Source of the DNA: Balneolales bacterium
GTDB taxonomy: Bacteria > Bacteroidota > Rhodothermia > Balneolales > HLUCCA01
NCBI GenBank assembly: GCA_024711145.1
Contig: JANJTJ010000121.1
Location: 1-62,029, forward strand
Direction: 5' to 3'
DNA: 62,029 bases
Both the position numbers and the translations under genes were made by a program. Position 1 is the stretch's first letter. Each line of letters opens with the position of its first letter. Shown here piece by piece: positions 7,659 to 16,945 of the stretch. The notes beneath the pieces were generated by a model, which was given only the letters and a program-made list of their open reading frames with translations, did not search any database and was not told where the DNA came from.

Positions 7659-9067
7659 TGCGCACCCTTCTGGCCTTGCTGCTGTTGGCGGCCCTGGGTA
7701 CCCCCCGGGTTGCCGCCCAGACCGATTCGGTGGCGGTGTATCGGCACCGTGCGGAAATAGCGGTCGATTTCGGCGATTTCACCGGCGCCCTGGCCGAATA
7801 CCGGCATGCCGCACGGCTGGCCCCGGCCGACAACGACCTCCGGTTCCGCATCGGGTTGGTCTTGGGATGGATGGGCAAGTATGAAGCGGCCATCGCCGAA
7901 CTGCGCCCATTGCTCGCGGCCGACCCCGACAACCGGGACGTCCTGGCCGCCTTGGCCCGGGTGCTCGCATGGTCGGGCCAAGGCGGCCGGGCCGAAGCCT
8001 TGGTCGCCGAGGCGCGCTCTCGCGCGCCCGGCGACCAAGGCCTGCTGGGCCTCATGGCCCAGCTCCGGTATTTCGCCGGCGACCTGGGCGGAGCCCGGCG
8101 GTGGGCCGACCAGGCTCTGGCCATCGACCCCGCCGAACCCACCGCCCTCAGCATCGACGCCGGCATCCGGTCGGCCATGGCGGTCCGCTCAACCACGTCC
8201 TCGCTCAACCCCTGGGATAGCGACGACACCTACGCGCGTGTGACCCGCCAACACGTACGTTGGGGCCTGGCTCCCGACCGGTTCCTGGCTATAGACGCCT
8301 CCGCCACCCGAAGCGGCAACCGCACCACCTCGGCCAGCGAAACTGCCTTCACCAGCGGGGCCCGGTTCGAAGCCGATCCTTTCGGCCCCTGGAAATGGAC
8401 CGCCGGCTTGTCGGTGGCCTTCCTGCCCGACGGACTCCGACCCGGCCTGAACGCGTCCGCCGCCTGGGTGGACCATGCGCATACGGTTTCCTTGTTCAGC
8501 AGCCGCTATCCCCTGCTCGACACTCCCTTCCTCATCGCAAGTGGTTCGCACATCTGGGAGAACGGTGTGGTGTATGCCCATACCGGCACCCTGCGCACCG
8601 TGGTGGATGTCGGCTTCGCCGCCTTGCCCTCCACTCGGCGCCTCAGTATGAACGCCCAAGTGAGCCGTGCTTGGAAATGGGGAGCCCTCGAAATGGAACC
8701 CGGCCTGCGGCTACGCGTGGCCGATTTCACGAAGGATGCCACCGGTAGCGGATTTTTCGCGCCGGATTTCTCCCATCAGGAAACGGTACGCCTGGACCTT
8801 CGGACCGCCCCCGTGGGTCGCTATCGGTTCGGAGCCGGGGTGGAAGCGGGTCGACAGCAGTACAAGCGGTTCAACGCGGCCGCAGGCGACCCCACGTTGA
8901 CCTGGGCCGCCGACGTCCGCCTCGGCATACAGCCTACACCCGCTTTCGATGTGGAAGTGGCCTATCTGTACAGCACCCTGCTGAGCGCCAGCACCCAAGA
9001 CCGCCTAGCAGGTGACTATTGGGTACGGTCGGTGGAAGTGCGGATCCGCCTACGGTTCGGATCCTGA
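7658..9067 (+). CDS. Signal peptide + TPR repeats + C-terminal outer-membrane beta-barrel (PgaA/BcsC/YaiO-like export porin)
   Basis: Start placed at 7658 (TGATG overlap) giving signal MRTLLALLLLAALGTPRVAA-Q; TPR-like helices (ALAEYRHAARLAP, GKYEAAIAELRPLLAADP); alternating beta-strands with GFFAPDF and terminal IRLRFGS. Confidence 0.75.
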   Translation: MRTLLALLLLAALGTPRVAAQTDSVAVYRHRAEIAVDFGDFTGALAEYRHAARLAPADNDLRFRIGLVLGWMGKYEAAIAELRPLLAADPDNRDVLAALARVLAWSGQGGRAEALVAEARSRAPGDQGLLGLMAQLRYFAGDLGGARRWADQALAIDPAEPTALSIDAGIRSAMAVRSTTSSLNPWDSDDTYARVTRQHVRWGLAPDRFLAIDASATRSGNRTTSASETAFTSGARFEADPFGPWKWTAGLSVAFLPDGLRPGLNASAAWVDHAHTVSLFSSRYPLLDTPFLIASGSHIWENGVVYAHTGTLRTVVDVGFAALPSTRRLSMNAQVSRAWKWGALEMEPGLRLRVADFTKDATGSGFFAPDFSHQETVRLDLRTAPVGRYRFGAGVEAGRQQYKRFNAAAGDPTLTWAADVRLGIQPTPAFDVEVAYLYSTLLSASTQDRLAGDYWVRSVEVRIRLRFGS

Positions 9068-11119
9068 CCCGGCCGGAGCCACCACCACCGGCTCCTGTTC
9101 CACCCAGTCGGCGGGCAGCCAGGTCCGCATGGCCAAAGCGGTGTCGTAATCCGAAAAACATCCGACCTCCCGGTCGGCGGCCACCCGGATGCGGTAGCAA
9201 TCGGTGCGGGTGGCGGTGGTGTCGAAGGCGGCCGCCTGGGTAGCCGGCACGCGCCAAGGGAAGGAACCCGGGAAGGTCTCCCGTTCGAGCCCCAGCTCCC
9301 GGAGCATCTCCCTATAGGATAGGTCCCGCGGGAAACGGCCCACACCCACTTGCCACCAGATTCCGCCGGTGTGGTTCGGGTCCGGCACCACGTTCACATG
9401 GTCGAACCGGGTGGCGAGGTACTCGGCGAACGCCAAGGCGCCCACTCGGCTGCGGAACGTGCCTACCACCCAATGCCGGTACCCGTCCGGGAAGGGCGGC
9501 GAATAGACATACGGCGGCGGTGGCGGTGCTTGCACCAGGGTGCGGCCCGCGTCGACGTCCGGATCGTGGACGTACCGCAGCAGGTCGTACCGCGTGACCA
9601 CCAGGTACAGGGCCAGCACACCCATCACCAGCCAGCCCCAAGGCATTTTCCGGGCCGGTGCGGCCGGTTTGGGCTTGGGAGCGGTGGCGGCGTTACCGGC
9701 CGCGGCTCCCAGGCCTTTGCGGGTCATGGCTCCCCATTCCTTGTTCCCCTTCAGGAAATCCCATAGCCCCTGCAGCCGCCACCAGGCATGCCGCTGCCGG
9801 TAGCCGATGTTTTCCAGAAACGCATAGGCGATCATGACCACCACATGTTTGAGGCGGGGGTACCGGCGGTAGGTGAATTCTTCGCACAACACGCTGGCGA
9901 CGCTCAATACCATGCCCAGCAATACCGCCGATGCCAGGAACAGGATGGTGAATTCCATATTCAGCGCATCCACCCACCAGGCCAGGATGAACAGGGCGAA
10001 CCCGCCGAATTCCACGATGGGACCGAGCAGTTCGAAGAAGACGAAGAAAGGAACCGCCACGAATCCCAACCGCCCGTAGGTGGGATTCATGAACATTTTG
10101 CGATGGCGCCAGAGGGTATCGGCCAGGCCGCGCTGCCAGCGATTGCGCTGCCGCGACAATACGGCGGGGTCTTCGGGCACTTCGGTCCAACACACGGGTT
10201 CGGGTATGAACCGCACGCGGTACGGAATCTTACGCTCCCGATGGTACCGGTGCAGGCGCACCACCAGCTCCATGTCCTCGCCCACCGTGTCGTGCAGGTA
10301 CCCGCCCACGGCCAACACGGCTTTGCGGTCGAAGATGCCGAACGCGCCGGATATGATGAGCAGGGAATCCAGGTAATCCCACCCCACCCGGCCGAAGAGG
10401 AAGGCCCGCAGGTATTCGACCACCTGGATGCGCGCATAGTAGGATTTCGGGATGCGCACTTCCTTCAGCTCGTTGTTCTCGAACACGCAGTCGTTGGCCA
10501 CACGCACGATCCCACCCACGGCGATGGTGGTCTCATCCTCGATGAAGCACCGCAGCATGTTCTGCAACACCAGGGGCTCGAGCACGGAATCCGCATCGAT
10601 GGCGCAGAAGAGGTCGTTGCGCGAGACGTTGATGCCGGCGTTGAGGGCGTCGGCCTTGCGCCCGTTCACTTTGTCCACCACGACCAACTCCGGATACAGC
10701 TCCGATTTGTACACGGTCTTGATGGGCTGATGATGGAGCACCAGGGGCACGTAGCGGTCCACGGGTTTGAGCCTGAAATGCTCGATGAGCACGTCCATGG
10801 TGCGGTCCTTGCTCCCGTCGTTGATCACGATGATCTCGTAGTTGGGGAACTGCAACTGCAACAGGGATTTGACCGAGGCCACCACGGTGCTTTCCTCGTT
10901 GTAGGCCGGTGCCAATATGCTGATGGGATTGTACAGGTTGGAACTGAACAACCCCTTTAGGGAATACACCTGCTTCTGGCGCAGTTGCTTGCGGATATGC
11001 AGGAAACTGATCGCGATGAGGGCCAGATACACGAAATTGAGCCCGATGAAATACGCCAGGATCCACACGTCCAGCGTTTCCAACAGCCGCAGTACCGGTT
11101 CTCTCAGGAATTCACGCAT
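9050..11119 (-). CDS. Processive family-2 glycosyltransferase (IcaA/PgaC/NodC-like) with a C-terminal extra TM helix and SPOR-like domain(s)
   Basis: APAYNEE, INDGSKD, KADALNAG, IDADS (DxD), GEDMEL and QRNRW motifs; C-terminal TM helices; WGAMTRKG followed by about 215 additional residues. Confidence 0.88.
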   Translation of the reverse strand: MREFLREPVLRLLETLDVWILAYFIGLNFVYLALIAISFLHIRKQLRQKQVYSLKGLFSSNLYNPISILAPAYNEESTVVASVKSLLQLQFPNYEIIVINDGSKDRTMDVLIEHFRLKPVDRYVPLVLHHQPIKTVYKSELYPELVVVDKVNGRKADALNAGINVSRNDLFCAIDADSVLEPLVLQNMLRCFIEDETTIAVGGIVRVANDCVFENNELKEVRIPKSYYARIQVVEYLRAFLFGRVGWDYLDSLLIISGAFGIFDRKAVLAVGGYLHDTVGEDMELVVRLHRYHRERKIPYRVRFIPEPVCWTEVPEDPAVLSRQRNRWQRGLADTLWRHRKMFMNPTYGRLGFVAVPFFVFFELLGPIVEFGGFALFILAWWVDALNMEFTILFLASAVLLGMVLSVASVLCEEFTYRRYPRLKHVVVMIAYAFLENIGYRQRHAWWRLQGLWDFLKGNKEWGAMTRKGLGAAAGNAATAPKPKPAAPARKMPWGWLVMGVLALYLVVTRYDLLRYVHDPDVDAGRTLVQAPPPPPYVYSPPFPDGYRHWVVGTFRSRVGALAFAEYLATRFDHVNVVPDPNHTGGIWWQVGVGRFPRDLSYREMLRELGLERETFPGSFPWRVPATQAAAFDTTATRTDCYRIRVAADREVGCFSDYDTALAMRTWLPADWVEQEPVVVAPAGSGSEP

Positions 11120-12200
11120 CGAGTTCGGCCATCACATGGTGGACAAGATCCTGCAGGTCGGCCGTGCTGGCCGATACCCGGTCCAGACCGGCTTTGCCGG
11201 CTTCGCCCAGGCGGGCCAGGGCGAACACGGCCGCCATGCGCACCATGAGCTCGGTGTCGGCGGCCAATACTTCCAATGTATCGATGGCTGCGGCATCGCC
11301 GAGCGCTTCCAGGGCCTTGGCGACAGCCTGGCGCACGCGGGGCGACGGATGCGAGGCGTACCCGGCGATCCGCTCGCCGGCCGGGTCGAACCCGAATCGG
11401 CCCAAGGCATAGCAATACGCCTCGAGGATGCGGTCCGAGTCGGTCCGGTAGCCCGCTTCGAACAGCTCGTACAGCGCTACGGCTTCGCCCACATACCCGA
11501 TGTCGGCCATGGCCTGGATCAGAATGGCCACATGCGACTCCGGCAGGTCGGGTTGGGCGATCAGGGCCATCAGCAGGGCGCCCTCTTCTTCCATCTGGTC
11601 GTTCCGGCTGCTGTGGAAACGGTAGAGCAGCTCCAACAGGGCCAAACGCGACACCCGCTCCCGCCGGGCCATGGCCGCCACGGCCTCCACGCGAACGGCC
11701 GCCGACGGATGCGCCACCAGGGAGGTGGCGGCCGCATGGGCCAACAACCGGTTGCCATGGTCCAGTATGGAACGCAGACGGTCGGTTTCGTCGGTGGTCA
11801 GGTTGTCCACCCAGGCATAATACATACAGGCCTCGGCCTCGTCCGATTCGTCGCCCTTGAATAGTTTCTGATGGAAATGGGCCCGTATGGCCGGCACCGC
11901 CATCAGGTGCCTCAGCCGTTCGGTCTCCTCCCCCTGCACCTGGTTGAGCAGGTCGGTGATCAGGTCGGTGTAGGGGATCACGTCTTCGGGCACCTTGAGT
12001 TGGGCGGCCACGGCATCCAGATCGTCCGAATCGCCCAGGGTGTAGGCCAGAATGGACGGCGTGAGCGCATCGCGGCGCGCGGCGGCGAACCGGGCGCGGC
12101 GTTCCTGCCAGGTGCGCACGATCAGGGAAGTGACGAACAGATACACCGTGACCAGCACCAAGGCGGTTGTGACCAGCCAGATGAACCGGATGGCCAGCAT
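11112..12200 (-). CDS. Membrane-anchored HEAT-repeat protein
   Basis: N-terminal TM; repeats such as HPSAAVRVEAVAAM, HPSPRVRQAVAKALEAL, DTELMVRMAAVFALARLG. Confidence 0.85.
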   Translation of the reverse strand: MLAIRFIWLVTTALVLVTVYLFVTSLIVRTWQERRARFAAARRDALTPSILAYTLGDSDDLDAVAAQLKVPEDVIPYTDLITDLLNQVQGEETERLRHLMAVPAIRAHFHQKLFKGDESDEAEACMYYAWVDNLTTDETDRLRSILDHGNRLLAHAAATSLVAHPSAAVRVEAVAAMARRERVSRLALLELLYRFHSSRNDQMEEEGALLMALIAQPDLPESHVAILIQAMADIGYVGEAVALYELFEAGYRTDSDRILEAYCYALGRFGFDPAGERIAGYASHPSPRVRQAVAKALEALGDAAAIDTLEVLAADTELMVRMAAVFALARLGEAGKAGLDRVSASTADLQDLVHHVMAELDA

Positions 12201-12203
12201 GGC

Positions 12204-12575
12204 TCAGCGCCCGAGGATGCGGTTCACCCGCATGAGCAATTCACCCACTTTGAAGGGTTTGCCCATGTATTCCTTCACCCCGAGGTCGAAGCCGCGTTTG
12301 AGGTCTTCCTCCCGGTTCTTGGAGGTAAGCATCATGACGGCCATGCCGGCGGTGTCGGGGTCGTCGCGGAGGGATTGCAGCACGTCGAACCCGCTCATAC
12401 CGGGCATCATCACGTCCAGGATCAGCAGGTCCGGTTTCCAGGACCTGGCACGGCTCAGGCCGTCCACTCCGTTGTCGACGACCTGGAAATCGAAATCCTC
12501 ACGGGCAAGTTTGTATTCGACCAATTTGGAGATGCTGGGGTTGTCTTCCACCAGCAGGATTCGCGGACGGCTCAT
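12204..12575 (-). CDS. Stand-alone (single-domain) response regulator
   Basis: ILLVEDN, LILDVMMPGMSG, MLTS, KPF; no output domain; start at 12575 (alternative 12584). Confidence 0.92.
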   Translation of the reverse strand: MSRPRILLVEDNPSISKLVEYKLAREDFDFQVVDNGVDGLSRARSWKPDLLILDVMMPGMSGFDVLQSLRDDPDTAGMAVMMLTSKNREEDLKRGFDLGVKEYMGKPFKVGELLMRVNRILGR

Positions 12576-12580
12576 GCGGG

Positions 12581-13687
12581 TCAAGTTAGCGAAAAGCGGA
12601 CCTCGAAACGGGTACCCCTACCGGTTAGAGAATCCACATGGATCGTACCACCATGCGCATCCACATACTGTTTGATGAGTGCCATGCCCAATCCGGTCCC
12701 TTTTTCGCCATCGGTTCCGCGACGTTGATGTGAGAATTTCCGAAACAAGTCGGGAATCATGTCGGGCGACATGCCGATGCCCTCGTCCTCCACTTCCACA
12801 CAGGCCTGGCCCTCGCATTTCCGCACGCGGATGACCACCTTCTTTCCGGCGGGGGTGAATTTCACCGCATTGGACACCAGGTTGCCGATGATCTGGGGAA
12901 ACCGCAAGGGATCCACCTGGGCCACAACGGGTTCGGGCACTTCGAGCAGCAGGTCCACCCCCTTGTTCTTGGCCGTAACGGTATGCAGATGCAAGACCTC
13001 GGCGATGGCCTGCCCCAGGTCGGTCGGTACGATGTTCAACTGCACGGTTCCGCTCTCGATCACGGTGACATCCAGCAGGTCGTTCACCAGAGCCAACAGG
13101 CGTTCGGCGCTCTGTTCGATCAGAGCCAGCATCTGCCGCATCTCATCGGGATCCTCGATGGTGTCGGTCTGAAGGAAGTTGGCGATGCCGATGATGCCAC
13201 CTATGGGGTTGCGCATGTCGTGCGAGACGATGCCCAGGATTTCGTCCTTCTCCTGGTTGAGCCTTCGCAGGGATTCTATGGCCCGCATCTGCTCGGCTTC
13301 CAACTGCTTGAGGCGCAAATGGTGGGCCAGGCGGGCCAACACCTCCTGCTGATGGAAGGGCTTGGTGATGTAATCGGCGCCTCCCATTTCGAAGGCGCGC
13401 ACCTTGGCCTCCACGTCGTTCAGCGCACTGAGGAAAATGACGGGCACGTCGTTGTACTCGGGTTGGGCCCTCAAGCGGGCACAGGTCTCGAACCCGTCCA
13501 TTCCGGGCATCATCACATCCATGAGAATGAGGTCGGGTTTGCGCCGTTTGACCAGCTCCAGCGCATCGGTACCGTTGAAGGCGGCCAGCACCTTGTATTT
13601 CTGGTCGCGCAACATCTGACTGAGCACCTGCACGTTCTGCTGGGTGTCGTCCACAACCAGAATGGTAGGCGCTGTCTCTGTACTCAT
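12581..13687 (-). CDS. Receiver-histidine kinase hybrid (REC-HisKA-HATPase)
   Basis: VVDD...LMDVMMPG...KPF; H-box SHDMRNP; NLVSNAVKF, DEGIGM, GTGLG; ATGA overlap with the upstream gene. Confidence 0.92.
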   Translation of the reverse strand: MSTETAPTILVVDDTQQNVQVLSQMLRDQKYKVLAAFNGTDALELVKRRKPDLILMDVMMPGMDGFETCARLRAQPEYNDVPVIFLSALNDVEAKVRAFEMGGADYITKPFHQQEVLARLAHHLRLKQLEAEQMRAIESLRRLNQEKDEILGIVSHDMRNPIGGIIGIANFLQTDTIEDPDEMRQMLALIEQSAERLLALVNDLLDVTVIESGTVQLNIVPTDLGQAIAEVLHLHTVTAKNKGVDLLLEVPEPVVAQVDPLRFPQIIGNLVSNAVKFTPAGKKVVIRVRKCEGQACVEVEDEGIGMSPDMIPDLFRKFSHQRRGTDGEKGTGLGMALIKQYVDAHGGTIHVDSLTGRGTRFEVRFSLT

Positions 13688-16600
13688 AACCATTTGTGCA
13701 AACGGGTGATCTGGATGAAATCGACGTCTTCGGCGATCTGGCGCAAGAGGAATCCGAGTTCGAGATGTGCTTCCGTCTCAATCAGTAAAATGCCCAATCG
13801 GTCGATTTCCTCCAAATCCTGGGTGGCCAAGGCATCGGCCAGTTGCTGGCGTATGGGTTCGTCCAACCGGGTGAGCGATTCGCGGAGCACACCCTCGTTG
13901 GTCGGATGCGGGTCGGAGTCGGTCTCGTCGCCGAATTGGAAGCGCAGGCCCGCCAGGTTGGCCAGGGCTTCGAAGATCTCGGTGTCGCGGAACGGTTTGA
14001 GGATGTAGGCGGAAAACCCGGATGCGATGAGCTCTTCGCGGCGGTCGTCCAGGCCGGAGGCCGTAAGCGCGATGATGGGGATGTCGGTTCCGCCGGGAAG
14101 CTGCCGGATTTCCCGCATGGCTTGCTGGCCGTCCATCACGGGCATCACGATGTCCATGAGCACGGCGTGCGGTTTGAAGGTGAGGGTTTTCATGATCGCA
14201 TCCTGCCCGTTGACCGCCTCCTCGATGGTGATGCCGACCTGCTCGAGGCGTAGGCGGGCCACCTGCCGGTTGTGGTCGATATCGTCCACCACGAGCACGC
14301 GGAACGGCTTGGGGCTCAGGATGCCCTCCACCCGGGCGTAGGGGGTGTCTACCCGCGCCTGCATGGTGTCGGCCCGGAGCACGGGAATCTCGATGGTGAA
14401 GGTGGACCCCACGTCCAACTGGCTGGTGACCCGTATGGTACCGCCCATGAGCTCCACCAACTTCCTGGTGATGGCCAGGCCCAGGCCCGTGCCCTGGCCC
14501 GACGTGTTCCGGGCCTGTACGAAGGGTTCGAATATGGATGCCAACTGGTCTTCGGGTATGCCGCGGCCGGTGTCGGCCACTTCCACCCGAATGATGCTCC
14601 GCCCGGTATGGGGTTCGGGGCGTTCGCTCATCGCCACCCGGACCGTGCCCGAATCGGTGAATTTGACCGCATTCCCGACCAGATTGATGAGGATCTGATC
14701 GAATTTGCCCCGGTCCGCGATCACGTATGGCCACATCAGGTCGGACCCGTGGATCTCCAACCCCACCTGTTTGTCCTGGCAGCGCCCCCGGAACAGGTCT
14801 TCCAGGTCCCGGGTGAGTTCGAGCAGGTTCATCGGTTCGGGCCGCAGTTCCATGCGGCTGGCTTCGATCTTGGACAGGTCCAGGATGTCGTTGATCATGC
14901 GCAGCAGATGTAGCCCGCTCCGGTACATGGTATCCACGTGCCGTTGATGGGTTTCGGGCAGGGTCTTGTCTTTGAGCAGGATCTGCGAGAACCCGAGTAT
15001 GGCGTTCAGCGGGGTGCGCAGTTCATGGGTGATGCGCGCCAGGAACCCGGATTTGGCCTCGTTGGCCGATTCGGCCTCTTTGCGCGAGCGTACCAACTCG
15101 TCGATGCGCTCGGCCACGATGACGATGCCTTTGGGGATTTCGGGCCGCTCGCTCCACGGATGTACCGCCAACCGCAACGAGGCGGTGGTGCCGTCGGGCA
15201 TGGTCAGTTCGGTCTCCGACAACTGATGCGCGATCCCCGCCAACGCGTTGCGGCAATATGCCAACCAGTCTTCCGGCACGAACGGATACACGTCCTCCAT
15301 GCGGCGTTTTTCCAGATTGGCCCGGCGGGGCCCATAGGTGCGCACCCAACTGTCGGACCAGGTCACGAAGCGCAATTCCTCATCCAGCATGGCGATGGGA
15401 ACCGGTGTGTTCTTCACGATCTCGCGCAGTAGCAACCGCTCCCGCTCCAAGGCCTGTTGGTAGCGTTTCTGCTGGCCGATGTCGTGCCCGACCACGAAAA
15501 TCAGCTCCCGGTCGCCCTGGCGTACCGGCGATGCCGACACCCGCACATCCACCACTTCGCCGTCTTTCCGGCGCCATTGCCGCTCGCCCAGGATGCGCCC
15601 GCCCGAGTCGATGATGGCCAATGCGAAACTGCGGATACCTTCCATCTCATCCATGATGAATTCGGTGACCGGCAGGCCGATGGTTTCGCCGTCGGCATAC
15701 CCCAGCAGTTCGCGGAAGGCCGGGTTCGATTCGACCACGGTCCACGTGGCCGGGTCCAGCATGTACACGGCATCCACGCTGTTCAGGATGGCGGTGCTGT
15801 ATTTCTGGGCGTTCTCTCGCGAGGCCTGTTCGGCCTGCTTGCGCTGGGTGATGTCGCTGGTGATGCCCTCGATGCGGATGCCACCGGTTTCCGGGTCGGT
15901 GCGGCGTACGCTTCGGGTCCGCAACCAGCGGGTTTCGCCGTCGGCACGCAGGATGCGGTATTCGTAATCGGCCCGGCCTTTCTCCAGGGTGGCGCGGCCG
16001 GCTTGTTCCAACAGGGCCATATCGGCCCCATGCACGATGGCCTGCCAAAGCTTCGGATCCTTCTTCACGGCATCCAGGGGATAGCCGGTCAGGGTTTCTA
16101 TGGCCTTGTTGGCATATACGAAATTGCCATCGGTATCGGTGAAATGCACCACGTCGTCCAGGCTGTTGAGCAGGTCGTCCAGGCGGGATTCGGTCTGGCG
16201 CAAGGCCTTGCGGATGCGGATGGCTTCCGTCTCATCCCTGAGGATGCGGATCACCGCGTCCGGATGGCCTTCGTTGTCGGTCAGTACGGAGCGCGAGACC
16301 GACACCGGAAAGCGGCTGTCGTCGGCACGGCGCATCTGGATGTGCGCCACCTGCCCTTCATCCAGACTCAGAAAAGCCTCCAGATCCGATTCGGGCACCA
16401 GATCCCGGATCGACCGCTCCCGCAGGTCGTCCAATTTGTAGCGGAAGGTGCGCTCGAAGGCCGGATTCACATAGATGAACCGGTCTTCCAGATCGGTCAC
16501 GGCCATGAGGTCCGTGGCCGATTCCACGGCCCGGGTGAGCAGCCGCCGGAAGAACCGGTTGTGGCGGGTCTGCATCACCTTGCGGATGGTGAAGGGCAGC

Positions 16601-16944
16601 ACGTTCAGGTAGGACCGGTCCAGATCTTTCACCAGATAATCGTAGGCACCGGCCTTGAGGCTCTCCACCGCCAGGCTCACATTGGTGCTGCCGCTGGCCA
16701 CCACGAACGGGGTTTCCACGAACTCGGCAACCAGGTCTATGGCGGTATGGTTGCCCAGGAAATACTCGCAGTACACCAGGGAGAATCCGCCCCCGTGCAG
16801 GGCCGCAACGGCTTCGTCGTAGGAGGTGGCATAGGTGATGCGTAACTCGGGCGACGACATCCGCATGGCCCGTTTCAGGGCGAGTTGGTCCACCGGGTCG
16901 GGTTCGACCACCAACAGGTGGATGTCCGGGTTCTGGATCACCAT
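13684..16944 (-). CDS. Cytoplasmic hybrid histidine kinase: pseudo-REC, 4 PAS, HisKA, HATPase, REC, helical tail
   Basis: Start MVIQNPDIHLL at 16944; four PAS-like repeats; THELRTPLN, NLVGNAVKF, DTGRGI, GTGLG; C-terminal VVDD...MDIVMP...KPF. Confidence 0.9.
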   Translation of the reverse strand: MVIQNPDIHLLVVEPDPVDQLALKRAMRMSSPELRITYATSYDEAVAALHGGGFSLVYCEYFLGNHTAIDLVAEFVETPFVVASGSTNVSLAVESLKAGAYDYLVKDLDRSYLNVLPFTIRKVMQTRHNRFFRRLLTRAVESATDLMAVTDLEDRFIYVNPAFERTFRYKLDDLRERSIRDLVPESDLEAFLSLDEGQVAHIQMRRADDSRFPVSVSRSVLTDNEGHPDAVIRILRDETEAIRIRKALRQTESRLDDLLNSLDDVVHFTDTDGNFVYANKAIETLTGYPLDAVKKDPKLWQAIVHGADMALLEQAGRATLEKGRADYEYRILRADGETRWLRTRSVRRTDPETGGIRIEGITSDITQRKQAEQASRENAQKYSTAILNSVDAVYMLDPATWTVVESNPAFRELLGYADGETIGLPVTEFIMDEMEGIRSFALAIIDSGGRILGERQWRRKDGEVVDVRVSASPVRQGDRELIFVVGHDIGQQKRYQQALERERLLLREIVKNTPVPIAMLDEELRFVTWSDSWVRTYGPRRANLEKRRMEDVYPFVPEDWLAYCRNALAGIAHQLSETELTMPDGTTASLRLAVHPWSERPEIPKGIVIVAERIDELVRSRKEAESANEAKSGFLARITHELRTPLNAILGFSQILLKDKTLPETHQRHVDTMYRSGLHLLRMINDILDLSKIEASRMELRPEPMNLLELTRDLEDLFRGRCQDKQVGLEIHGSDLMWPYVIADRGKFDQILINLVGNAVKFTDSGTVRVAMSERPEPHTGRSIIRVEVADTGRGIPEDQLASIFEPFVQARNTSGQGTGLGLAITRKLVELMGGTIRVTSQLDVGSTFTIEIPVLRADTMQARVDTPYARVEGILSPKPFRVLVVDDIDHNRQVARLRLEQVGITIEEAVNGQDAIMKTLTFKPHAVLMDIVMPVMDGQQAMREIRQLPGGTDIPIIALTASGLDDRREELIASGFSAYILKPFRDTEIFEALANLAGLRFQFGDETDSDPHPTNEGVLRESLTRLDEPIRQQLADALATQDLEEIDRLGILLIETEAHLELGFLLRQIAEDVDFIQITRLHKWL

Positions 16945-16945
16945 C

